Assembly (NCBI GenBank): GCA_963703855.1
Contig: CAVPFW010000023.1
Coordinates: 42,961 to 106,960 of the forward strand
Origin: an uncultured Alphaproteobacteria bacterium
Lineage (GTDB): Bacteria > Pseudomonadota > Alphaproteobacteria > ATCC43930 > CGMCC-115725
Length of the DNA: 64,000 bases
Direction: 5' to 3'
Position numbers and translations under genes: made by a program. The notes below the pieces were generated by a model. That model did not search any database. It saw nothing but the letters and a program-made list of their open reading frames with translations, and had not been told where the DNA came from. Positions 40,460 to 48,776 of the stretch are shown piece by piece. Position 1 is the first letter of the stretch; every line of letters starts with the position of its first letter.

Positions 40460-42241
40460 GTGCCGCTGCAGCTCCTCAGCCGCCTGAGAACGACGCGAAG
40501 TCTCGCCCGGGATTTCCGCGAAGCGCTGTCGCTGCAGCAAAAGGGCCACCTGCCGGAAGCGGCGAGGCTTTATCGAGACGTGCTGCAGCGCGACCCTGGC
40601 CACGTACAGGCGCTGTTCAATCTCGGGCTCGTTCGGGTCCGCCAGGGCGGGCTCGACGACGCCATCGGCCTGCTCGGCGAGGCGCTCCGCCGGCAGCCCG
40701 ACTTTGCCGAGGCGCACAACGCCCTCGCCATCGCGCTGCGCTTGTCGGGCCATCACGAGGAGGCGCTGGCGCACTACGCGCAGGCCCTCGCCATCAAGCC
40801 CGACTATGCCGAAGTCGAGAACAATATCGGAATAGCGCTGCAGGGGCGGGGGCGTTCGCCGGAGGCGATCGCGCATTTCGAGAGGGCGGTTTCCCTCAAA
40901 CCCGATTACGCCGAGGCGGAGAACAACCTGGGCGCCGCATTGCGGGCGGTCCACCGCTACGAGGAGGCGGCTGCGCATTACCGCAGAGCTCTGGCGGCCA
41001 ACCCCGGTTCGGCCGCGGCGCACAGCAATCTCGGCTCGGCGCTTCAGCTCCTCGTCCGCCATGACCAGGCTCTGGCGCAGTTCGACCGGGCATTGGCGCT
41101 GAAGCCCGATCTGGCCGAGGCACATCACGGCCGCGGCACCGTGCTGCGCACCCTGGGCCGGCTCGACATGGCGCAGCAGGCGCTGGAACGGGCGATCGCA
41201 CTGGCGCCGCGCAAGGCCGAGTTCTACCGCTCCTTGGCCGAAAGCAAGCGCTTTGCCGAGAACGACCCGCACCGCACCATGATCGAGGCGCTGGCGCGCG
41301 ACATGGCGGCGCTGTCGGAGGAGGAGCAGGTGCACCTCCATTTCGCGCTGGGCAAGGTCTATGGCGATGTCGGTGAGGATCAGCGCGCGTTCGACCATCT
41401 TCTGCAAGGCAACGCGCTGAAGCGCCGGCGGATCGTCTATGACGAGGCCGCCGCACTGGCGCGGCTCGACCGCACCCGGGCCTTGTTCAGCGCCGAATTC
41501 ATGCGCGAGCGGGCAGGACAGGGCGACCCGTCGCCGGTGCCGGTGTTCATCATCGGCATGCCGCGCTCGGGCACGACCTTGGTCGAGCAGATGCTGGCGA
41601 GCCACCCGCAGGTTCATGGCGCCGGCGAGCTCAGCGATTTCGCGGCCGCGGTGGCGGCGCTCGACGGCCCCGACGGTGTTCCGCCCGACATCGGCGGCGA
41701 GGAGCTGCGCCGCATCGGGGCGGATTACCTGGCGCGGGTCACGCCGGCGGCGCCGATGGCCCGGCATATCACCGACAAGATGCCGGCGAATTTCCGCTTT
41801 GCCGGGCTGATCCATCTGGCCTTGCCCAACGCGCGCATCATCCATATCAGCCGCGACCCGGTCGACACCTGCCTGTCGTGCTTTTCGATCCTGTTCGGCG
41901 GCGACCAGCCCTTTACCTACGAGCTGGGCGAGCTCGGGCGCTATTACCGCGGCTATGCGGCGCTGATGGCGCACTGGCGCCGGGTGCTGCCGCCGGGGGT
42001 CATGCTCGAAGTCCGGTACGAGGCGCTGGTCGGCGATTTCGAGCCGCAGGCGCGCCGTATCCTCGCCCATTGCGGTCTCGCCTGGGACGATGCCTGCCTC
42101 GATTTCCACAACACCGAGCGGCCGGTCCACACCGCGAGCGCGGCCCAGGTGCGCCGGCCGGTCTACCAAACCTCGGTCGGCCGCTGGCGCCCGCCGGGAG
42201 ATGTGCTGCGCCCCTTGCTCGACGCGCTCGACCGGGATTAG
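40460..42241 (+). CDS. TPR-repeat sulfotransferase, paralogue 1 (593 aa)
   Basis: GTG start 9 nt after the preceding stop. About 7 TPR units are present (AEAHNALAIALRLSGHHEEALAHYAQALAIKPDYAE...). The C-terminal sulfotransferase domain carries a 5'-PSB loop FIIGMPRSGTTLVEQML and a 3'-PB-like segment IIHISRDPVDTCLSCF. Confidence 0.8.
   Translation: MPLQLLSRLRTTRSLARDFREALSLQQKGHLPEAARLYRDVLQRDPGHVQALFNLGLVRVRQGGLDDAIGLLGEALRRQPDFAEAHNALAIALRLSGHHEEALAHYAQALAIKPDYAEVENNIGIALQGRGRSPEAIAHFERAVSLKPDYAEAENNLGAALRAVHRYEEAAAHYRRALAANPGSAAAHSNLGSALQLLVRHDQALAQFDRALALKPDLAEAHHGRGTVLRTLGRLDMAQQALERAIALAPRKAEFYRSLAESKRFAENDPHRTMIEALARDMAALSEEEQVHLHFALGKVYGDVGEDQRAFDHLLQGNALKRRRIVYDEAAALARLDRTRALFSAEFMRERAGQGDPSPVPVFIIGMPRSGTTLVEQMLASHPQVHGAGELSDFAAAVAALDGPDGVPPDIGGEELRRIGADYLARVTPAAPMARHITDKMPANFRFAGLIHLALPNARIIHISRDPVDTCLSCFSILFGGDQPFTYELGELGRYYRGYAALMAHWRRVLPPGVMLEVRYEALVGDFEPQARRILAHCGLAWDDACLDFHNTERPVHTASAAQVRRPVYQTSVGRWRPPGDVLRPLLDALDRD
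41060..42241 (+). repeat. Tandem duplication, copy A (3' 1.18 kb of sulfotransferase paralogue 1)
   Basis: It aligns without gaps to 42679-43860 at a constant offset of 1619 nt. By eye there are only a few mismatches in the last ~700 nt (for example CAGGTTCATGGC vs CAGGTCCACGGC). The first ~400 nt are clearly more divergent. Confidence 0.85.
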
Positions 42242-42291
42242 AGGGTAACCGCGGCGCCCTGCTGAAGCAAATTGCGGAAAGGTTTCGGCGG

Positions 42292-43860
42292 ATGTTCGGA
42301 AACCGGCCCCCGCGATCGGGCGATCCGGCGCGGCTTTTTCAGCAGGGACTGGCGCTGCACCAGGCGGGCCGCTTTACCGAAGCCGAACGGCTTTATCGAG
42401 CCGTCCTGCGGCGGAATGGCGATCATCTCGAAGCGGTTTACAATCTCGGTCTGCTGCGGTTGCTGGGAGGCGATTGCGAGGCGGCTGCAAAGCTGCTGCG
42501 CAAGGCGCTCCATCGCCGGCCGAACCTTGCCGAGGCGCACAACGCGCTCGCCGTGGCGCTGCGCACGCTCGGGCGCCCCGACGAGGCGATCGTGCATTTC
42601 GAGAAGGCGCTCGCGGTCAAGCCCGACTTTGCCGAGGCGCACAACAATCTCGGCGCCACCCTGCTGCCGCTGCGCCGCCATGACGAGGCGTTGGCGCAGT
42701 TCGACCGGGCGTTGGCGCTGAAGCCCGATCTGGCCGAGGCATATCACGGCCGCGGCACCGTGCTGCGGATACTGGGTCGGCTCGACATGGCGCAGCAGGC
42801 GCTGGAACGGGCGGTCGCGCTGGCGCCGCGCAAGGCCGAGTTCTACCGCTCCTTGGCCGAAAGCAAGCGCTTTGCCGAGGACGATCCGCACCGCGCCCAG
42901 ATCGAGGCGCTGGCGCGCGACATGGCGGCGCTGCCGGAGGAGGAGCAGGTGCACCTCCATTTCGCGCTGGGCAAGGTCTATGGCGATGCCGGCGAGGATC
43001 AGCGCGCGTTCGACCACCTTCTGCAAGGAAATGCGCTGAAGCGCCGGCGGATCGTCTATGACGAGGCTGCCGCACTGGCGCGGCTCGACCGCACCCGGGC
43101 CTTGTTCAGCGCAGAGGTCGTGCGCGAGCGGGCGGGGCAGGGCGACCCGTCGCCGGTGCCGGTGTTCATCATCGGCATGCCGCGCTCGGGCACGACCTTG
43201 GTCGAGCAGATGCTGGCGAGCCACCCGCAGGTCCACGGCGCCGGCGAGCTCAGCGATTTCGCGGCCGCGGTGGCGGCGCTCGACGGCCCCGACGGTGTTC
43301 CGCCCGACATCGGCGGCGAGGAGCTGCGCCGCATCGGGGCGGATTATCTGGCGCGGGTCACGCCGGCGGCGCCGATGGCCCGGCATATCACCGACAAGAT
43401 GCCGGCGAATTTCCGCTTTGCCGGGCTGATCCATCTGGCCTTGCCCAACGCGCGCATCATCCATATCAGCCGCGACCCGGTCGACACCTGCCTGTCGTGC
43501 TTTTCGATCCTGTTCGGCGGCGACCAGCCCTTTACCTACGAGCTGGGCGAGCTCGGGCGCTATTACCGCGGCTATGCGGCGCTGATGGCGCACTGGCGCC
43601 GGGTGCTGCCGCCGGGGGTCATGCTCGAAGTCCGGTACGAGGCGCTGGTCGGCGATTTCGAGCCGCAGGCGCGCCGTATCCTCGCCCATTGCGGTCTCGC
43701 CTGGGACGATGCCTGCCTCGATTTCCACAACACCGAGCGGCCGGTCCACACCGCGAGCGCGGCCCAGGTGCGCCGGCCGGTCTACCAAACCTCGGTCGGC
43801 CGCTGGCGCCCGCCGGGAGATGTGCTGCGCCCCTTGCTCGACGCGCTCGACCGGGGTTAG
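42292..43860 (+). CDS. TPR-repeat sulfotransferase, paralogue 2 (522 aa)
   Basis: Internal ATG at 42292 of track ORF 41878..43860. MFGNRPPRSGDPARLFQQGLALHQAGRFTEAERLYRAVLRRNGDHLEAVYNLG... The C-terminal ~390 aa are nearly identical to paralogue 1, including PRSGTTLVEQML. It has about 2 fewer TPR units. Confidence 0.8.
   Translation: MFGNRPPRSGDPARLFQQGLALHQAGRFTEAERLYRAVLRRNGDHLEAVYNLGLLRLLGGDCEAAAKLLRKALHRRPNLAEAHNALAVALRTLGRPDEAIVHFEKALAVKPDFAEAHNNLGATLLPLRRHDEALAQFDRALALKPDLAEAYHGRGTVLRILGRLDMAQQALERAVALAPRKAEFYRSLAESKRFAEDDPHRAQIEALARDMAALPEEEQVHLHFALGKVYGDAGEDQRAFDHLLQGNALKRRRIVYDEAAALARLDRTRALFSAEVVRERAGQGDPSPVPVFIIGMPRSGTTLVEQMLASHPQVHGAGELSDFAAAVAALDGPDGVPPDIGGEELRRIGADYLARVTPAAPMARHITDKMPANFRFAGLIHLALPNARIIHISRDPVDTCLSCFSILFGGDQPFTYELGELGRYYRGYAALMAHWRRVLPPGVMLEVRYEALVGDFEPQARRILAHCGLAWDDACLDFHNTERPVHTASAAQVRRPVYQTSVGRWRPPGDVLRPLLDALDRG
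42679..43860 (+). repeat. Tandem duplication, copy B
   Basis: See copy A (41060-42241). Confidence 0.85.
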
Positions 43861-43866
43861 GGGCCG

Positions 43867-44478
43867 TCAACGTGCTGGGCAGGCCCTCTTGCGGCGCCGC
43901 CAAAGAAAACCAAACCCAAAAAGCGGACCCGCGAGAAGCGCCAGCGAGCGCGGCTCCGGCACCGCCGAGGGCAGCTCCTCGGCCAAAATGATCGTCACGC
44001 TGCTTGGCGAAAAGCTGGCCGGGACAGTGTTGTCGGGCGCAGGGAAGGCGCTCCCATAAGGGCCGGGAAAGCCGAGATACGAGAGGACCTGGTCGTTGAT
44101 GTTGAAGGTGTTTGGCCCCGCGGTCACCGGGGTCATGAACGTGCCGGTGCTGAACTGCGTCCCGAACAGCTTTACGCCGCTGGTGAAACCGAGCGAAGCC
44201 CCGTCGACAAAGGCCTGGTAAACGTCTCCGGGGAAGACTGCCACGTTGGGGTTGGGCTCAACGGTCATCACCAACGTGCCCGTGAACGGAGCAGTAAAGG
44301 AAATCGGCCCGGGAATGCCACCGACGGCACCGAGCGGGCCGAGACCGGTGCTGCCCGCCGGAGAGGGATTGGCAGCCGAAGCCGATGTAGTGAAGGTGTG
44401 GATCGGCGTGGGAGCGGCATTGGCGCCCGCGGAAACGAGGCCGATCAGCGCCGCTCCCGGCAGAATGTAATGGTTCAT
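43867..44478 (-). CDS. PEP-CTERM sorting-domain secreted protein (203 aa)
   Basis: Internal ATG at 44478. The signal peptide is MNHYILPGAALIGLVSAGANA. The body is Gly/Pro/Thr/Phe-rich. The C-terminal SAVPEPRSLALLAGPLFGFGFLWRRRKR has a PEP motif, a TM helix and a basic tail. It is convergent with sulfotransferase 2, with only 6 nt between stops. Confidence 0.75.
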   Translation of the reverse strand: MNHYILPGAALIGLVSAGANAAPTPIHTFTTSASAANPSPAGSTGLGPLGAVGGIPGPISFTAPFTGTLVMTVEPNPNVAVFPGDVYQAFVDGASLGFTSGVKLFGTQFSTGTFMTPVTAGPNTFNINDQVLSYLGFPGPYGSAFPAPDNTVPASFSPSSVTIILAEELPSAVPEPRSLALLAGPLFGFGFLWRRRKRACPAR

Positions 44479-44713
44479 CCGATGAATCCCGTTAAGGTTA
44501 AGATGCTGGGTCGCCGAGTTTGAGCCGCGACATCCAAGAGCGCCGCCGCTGATGGTCTGCTGTTCGGTTTTTCCCCGCGCAGATTTGTATCGCCTGAGCT
44601 GCGTCAAAATCGCGTCGTCAAACAGTCAGGCCGGCGTCAAATTAACCACTCGGAGCGATTCCGGCCTGATCCGAACGCGATGTGCGGGCGCCGGCAAGGC
44701 CCGGCAGCGAGGA

Positions 44714-45784
44714 TCATTCCGGGCGAAATTGCTTGCCGTGTCCGACGAGCCGCTCGCGCGGCAGACAAACCCCCTCGCTGTCGTCGTTGACGACATGCCC
44801 GATGACCTGCGCCCGCCGGCCGTGGCGTTCCAGGATCGCCAGGATCGCGGCGGCATCCTGTTCGGCGGCGAGGACGCAAAAGCCGACGCCCATGTTGTAG
44901 ACCTCGAACATCTCGGCTCTGGCGATCCCTCCGTGTTTTTCGATCAGCCGGAAAATCGGCGGCGCCGGCGGCAGATTGTCGATCGCGAACCCGACCCTGG
45001 CGGCAACCCGCGGCAGATTGAGCAGACCGTCGCCGGTGATGTTGACCAACGCCTTGACCGTCGGGACGCTTTCGATGATGTCGAGGACCTCAGGCACATA
45101 GATCAGGGTCGGGCGCAGCAGCTCTTCGCCGAGCGGGATGCCGAGCTCGGGGAAGACGTGGTCGATCCCCAGCCGGGCCTTCGCAAAAAAGATGTGGCGG
45201 GCGAGGGTGAGGCCGTTGCTGTGGATGCCGCTGCTCTCGATGCCGATGACGACGTCGCCGGGTACCAGGTCGCGGCCGGTAATGATCCGGTCGAGCGGTA
45301 CCAGCCCGACCGCCATCCCGACCAGGTCGAAACCGCGGACCGAGTCCTTGAGCGGCGAGATCTCGCCGCCGGAAATCGAGACCCGGGCCTGCTTGGCGCC
45401 CTCGGCCAACCCCACCGCGATCGCGCCCAGCATCTCGGCGTCGGCCGTCTCGACGGCGATGTAGTCGACCATCGAGATCGGGCGCGCGCCGACGCAGATC
45501 ACGTCGTTGACGTTCATCGCGACGCAGTCGATGCCGATCGTGTCGTATTTGTTCATCATCTGCGCCACGATCGACTTCGACCCGACCCCGTCGGTGCAGA
45601 TCGCCAGACCGACGCCGCCGATATCGATCACATTGGCGAAATAGCCGATGTCGAGCTGGACCGCGCCGATGCCGCCGGCGGCCGGCCAAGTCTGCTTGAT
45701 GCGGTCGATGATCTTGCGCAGGCCGCGGTCAACGGCGGCGATATCGACCCCGGCCGCCTTGTACGCGGGGTCGGTTGCGGTCAT
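44714..45784 (-). CDS. AIR-synthase (PurM) superfamily protein, divergent paralogue
   Basis: Internal ATG at 45784. YKAAGVDIAAVDRGL...LAICTDGVGSKSIVAQMMNKYDTIGIDCVAMNVNDVICVGARP...ISGGEIS...IGIESSGIHSNGLTLAR...NITGDGLLNL...FEVYNMGVGF. It lacks the canonical GGFGGLF segment of housekeeping PurM, so I do not call it purM. Confidence 0.75.
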   Translation of the reverse strand: MTATDPAYKAAGVDIAAVDRGLRKIIDRIKQTWPAAGGIGAVQLDIGYFANVIDIGGVGLAICTDGVGSKSIVAQMMNKYDTIGIDCVAMNVNDVICVGARPISMVDYIAVETADAEMLGAIAVGLAEGAKQARVSISGGEISPLKDSVRGFDLVGMAVGLVPLDRIITGRDLVPGDVVIGIESSGIHSNGLTLARHIFFAKARLGIDHVFPELGIPLGEELLRPTLIYVPEVLDIIESVPTVKALVNITGDGLLNLPRVAARVGFAIDNLPPAPPIFRLIEKHGGIARAEMFEVYNMGVGFCVLAAEQDAAAILAILERHGRRAQVIGHVVNDDSEGVCLPRERLVGHGKQFRPE

Positions 45785-45878
45785 GGCGGCGCTCCGGCGA
45801 CGGTCAGGCATGCCCGATTAGCCCTATCAAATTTCACCGTGCAGATCGACTATTTGGGTCGCAGACGGAGGATTGCCC

Positions 45879-46724
45879 ATGACCGACGCATTGCAGCTAC
45901 GCCCGCTCGGCGAACACCTCGGCACCGAGGCGCTCGGGATCGACTTGTCGGCGCTCGACGACGAAACCTTCGCCCGGATCGGCCGCGCCTTTGCCGAGCA
46001 CCCGGTTCTGGTGTTCCGCGACCAGCATCTCGGCGCTGCCGATATCGCCGCTTTCGGCCGCCGGTTCGGGGTGCCGCGCAAGCATTCGCTGGTCGGATAC
46101 CGCCACCCGGACCACCCGGAAGTCTCGTGGCTGCGCAATGTCGACGATGCCGGCAACATCGACTGGTACGGGGTCAAGCGCGCGACCGACTGGCACACCA
46201 ACTCGACCTACGAGGAGGAATTGCCGCTGCTGGCGATGCTGCACGCGCTCGAAGTTCCCGCGACCAAAGGCGGGACGATGTTCGCCGATATGTGCGCCGC
46301 CTATGACGCCTTGCCGCCAGCGACGAAGCAGCGGCTCGCCGGGCTGGTGGGCCTGCACGGCCGCACCGACGGCCCTGCCGGCGCAAGGCTCTACGACCCC
46401 GAAGAGGAGATGCGCCGGACCGACAAGAAATATGTCGAGCAGCGCCGCCCGGCGGTGGTGCCGCACCCGGTCACCGGCCGCCCGATCCTGTTCGTCAATC
46501 CGATGCACACGCACGGCTTCGAGGGCATCGACCGCGACGCGGCCTGGAAGCTGATCGAGGAGTTGGCTGCGCACGCCACCCAGGAGCGCTTCACCTATTA
46601 CCATTCCTGGCGGGTCGGCGATCTGCTGATCTGGGACGAGCGGGCGACGATGCATCGGGGCGCCGGCGATTACCACCCCGAGCAGCGTCGCGTGATGCTG
46701 CGCACGATCGTCTATCCGAACTAA
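45879..46724 (+). CDS. TauD/TfdA family Fe(II)/2-oxoglutarate dioxygenase
   Basis: ATG at 45879 lies 6 nt after GGAGGA. LRPLGEHLGTEALGIDLS..., HPVLVFRDQHL, the facial-triad context DWHTNSTYEE, and HSWRVGDLLIWDERATMHRG. Confidence 0.85.
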   Translation: MTDALQLRPLGEHLGTEALGIDLSALDDETFARIGRAFAEHPVLVFRDQHLGAADIAAFGRRFGVPRKHSLVGYRHPDHPEVSWLRNVDDAGNIDWYGVKRATDWHTNSTYEEELPLLAMLHALEVPATKGGTMFADMCAAYDALPPATKQRLAGLVGLHGRTDGPAGARLYDPEEEMRRTDKKYVEQRRPAVVPHPVTGRPILFVNPMHTHGFEGIDRDAAWKLIEELAAHATQERFTYYHSWRVGDLLIWDERATMHRGAGDYHPEQRRVMLRTIVYPN

Positions 46725-46779
46725 CCCGGCTTCGGGCCGGGTCGGGACTGGCTGTGTCCGACCCCGCTTACAGGGGCCT

Positions 46780-47754
46780 CTAGCCGGCGAGCACCGCCTT
46801 GCCGATGACCGCGCGGTCGATCAGCGCCTGCACCGCCAGGGCCGCCTGCGCCAACGGGTAGCGGCGCCAGATCCGGGGCTTGAGCTTGCCTTGCGCGGCC
46901 AATTCGACCAAGGTTTTAAGGTTGGCCGCGGCGATATCGGGATGGTTCTCGCTGAGCCCGCCGATGCGCACGCCGATCGCCTCGATCCCCTTGATCAAGA
47001 GATAGTTGGTGCGGGCCAGCGCCGGCGCGCCGCCGAGAAAGCCGAGGATCAGGATGCGCCCGCTCCAGGCGAGGCAGCGCAGGGATTCCTCGAAGGTCGG
47101 GCCGTTGACCGGGTCGTAGACGATGTCGACGCCGCGCCCCGCGGTCAGCTCCATGACCTGGTCGCGGAACCCGCCATGATAGGGGATCGCGTGGTCGGCG
47201 CCCTCGGCCAGGCACGCCGCGCGCTTCTCCTCGGTGCTGGCGGTGGCGATGATTTCGGCATCGTGGAGCTTGGCGATCTGGATCGCCGGGAGGCCGATGC
47301 CGCCGGCCGCGCCATGGATCAATACCCGGTCGCCGGGTTTGAGCCGGCCGCGCTGCAGCAGCGCGTGATAGGCGGTGTGGTAGGCGCCGCGGAACACCGC
47401 CGCCTCGTCGAGGCCGATGCCGGCCGGCACCAGGTCGCAATCCTCGGCCTTGGCGTTGCCCAATTCGGCAAGGGCGCCGAGCCGATGCCGGCTCATCACC
47501 CGATCGCCGATCTCGAACCCGTTCGCATCGGGGCCGAGCGCCACGATTTCGCCGGCCGCTTCGCTGCCGGGGATAAAGGGCGGCTCAGGCCGGAACTGGT
47601 ATTTTCCGGCCAGCATCAGCACATCGACATATTGCACCCCGCGCGCCCGGATGCGCACCTGCACTTCGCCCGGACCCGGCGCCGGCGGGTCGGGCACCTC
47701 GCGCAGCGCCAGCACTTCGGGACCGCCGAACGCTTCGCACACCACTGCCTTCAT
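46780..47754 (-). CDS. NADPH:quinone oxidoreductase / zeta-crystallin-like MDR
   Basis: MKAVVCEAFGGPEVLALREVPDPPAPGPGEVQVRIRARGVQYVD..., with the nucleotide motif LIHGAAGGIGLPAIQIA. Confidence 0.85.
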   Translation of the reverse strand: MKAVVCEAFGGPEVLALREVPDPPAPGPGEVQVRIRARGVQYVDVLMLAGKYQFRPEPPFIPGSEAAGEIVALGPDANGFEIGDRVMSRHRLGALAELGNAKAEDCDLVPAGIGLDEAAVFRGAYHTAYHALLQRGRLKPGDRVLIHGAAGGIGLPAIQIAKLHDAEIIATASTEEKRAACLAEGADHAIPYHGGFRDQVMELTAGRGVDIVYDPVNGPTFEESLRCLAWSGRILILGFLGGAPALARTNYLLIKGIEAIGVRIGGLSENHPDIAAANLKTLVELAAQGKLKPRIWRRYPLAQAALAVQALIDRAVIGKAVLAG

Positions 47755-48053
47755 CGTCTGCTCCCAGGTTCGAAATCAAGCCGAAATCTTGCCTCGACCG
47801 GGCGGTCGCGCGCCAGCATGTTGCGCCGCGGCCAAGGAGTTGAGGCATGCCGTCCCGCCTCTGATCGAAAGGGCGGCGCAGAGGCAGCGCGGAACCGTCG
47901 CGTCGCCCGGACGTTGCCGCGACTATAGCGGATGGGGCCCGAGCTGCGCGGTCGAGCGCGCCCGAGAACGGCGCCCACGGCCGTTGCGGGGCCTCGGGTT
48001 GCGAGTCCGCACCGCTGGTTCCGGACGCGCCGGCGCGCCACGGAGGAAACAAC

Positions 48054-48422
48054 ATGAAAGCCATCGTCGGGCCGCTGATCGCGGCCATGGTCCTCGGCGC
48101 CGGCATCGGCGTGGCGGCAGCGCAGTCCCATGACGGAACGACAACCCTTGCTGCCGGCCGATACGCCGCCGAGAACGTTCCGGCCCCGCCGGATACTTCC
48201 GGCGGCAATGGCGTCCTGCTGCCGCGGCAGCAGCCGCGCTCGGGTTCGAGCGCCGCGCCCGGCTCGCTGAGCCGGGAGCTCAGCCGCTCGGGCGGCGTCA
48301 TCCACCCGCCGCCGACCCACGATCGGAGCGTCGTGCAGCCGCCCAACCAGGGGGCGAGCCGCACCCCGATCATCCCGCCTCCGGGCAGCCCCGGCGGGAA
48401 CCCGCAGGTGCAGCCGAAATAG
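48054..48422 (+). CDS. Small secreted proline-rich protein (122 aa)
   Basis: A GGAGGAAACAAC RBS precedes the ATG. The signal peptide is MKAIVGPLIAAMVLGAGIGVAAAQS. The mature part is low-complexity and P/G/S-rich. Confidence 0.5.
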   Translation: MKAIVGPLIAAMVLGAGIGVAAAQSHDGTTTLAAGRYAAENVPAPPDTSGGNGVLLPRQQPRSGSSAAPGSLSRELSRSGGVIHPPPTHDRSVVQPPNQGASRTPIIPPPGSPGGNPQVQPK

Positions 48423-48697
48423 CCCGATAGCCGCGGCCCTGAGCCGGGATGGACCGCGGCGGCGAGATCAAACTTGGCGGGACATCGCCAGCATGCCCGC
48501 TCAAGCCTTGGCGCGGCGATGCCGTTCGGGGGCCATCCACCCCGTCAAGTTCGGCCGCGGGGAACCTCGATTTGTGCCCAGCCCCCTGCCGAGAACCGCT
48601 TTCCCTTATCGGACGGCCATCGGTCGAGCCCCGCCACGGGGGTAAGCGTCCGGCTCGAAATGAATGCCATCAGATCAGTAGCTTCCCCGTCGTCATC

Positions 48698-48755
48698 GTC
48701 GTTCCCGCGAAAGCGGGAATCCAGGGCGGCAAGGGCCGGAGCGCTCGACCCCTGT
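48698..48755. repeat. REP family 2 unit
   Basis: GTCGTTCCCGCGAAAGCGGGAATCCAGGGC is a hairpin TTCCCGC-GAAA-GCGGGAA. It is the same unit as at 55412-55441. This is the widespread alphaproteobacterial repeat that translates as IPAKAGI / FPRKRES. Confidence 0.7.
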
Positions 48756-48776
48756 TTGGTCAGGCTCTAACAGGAA

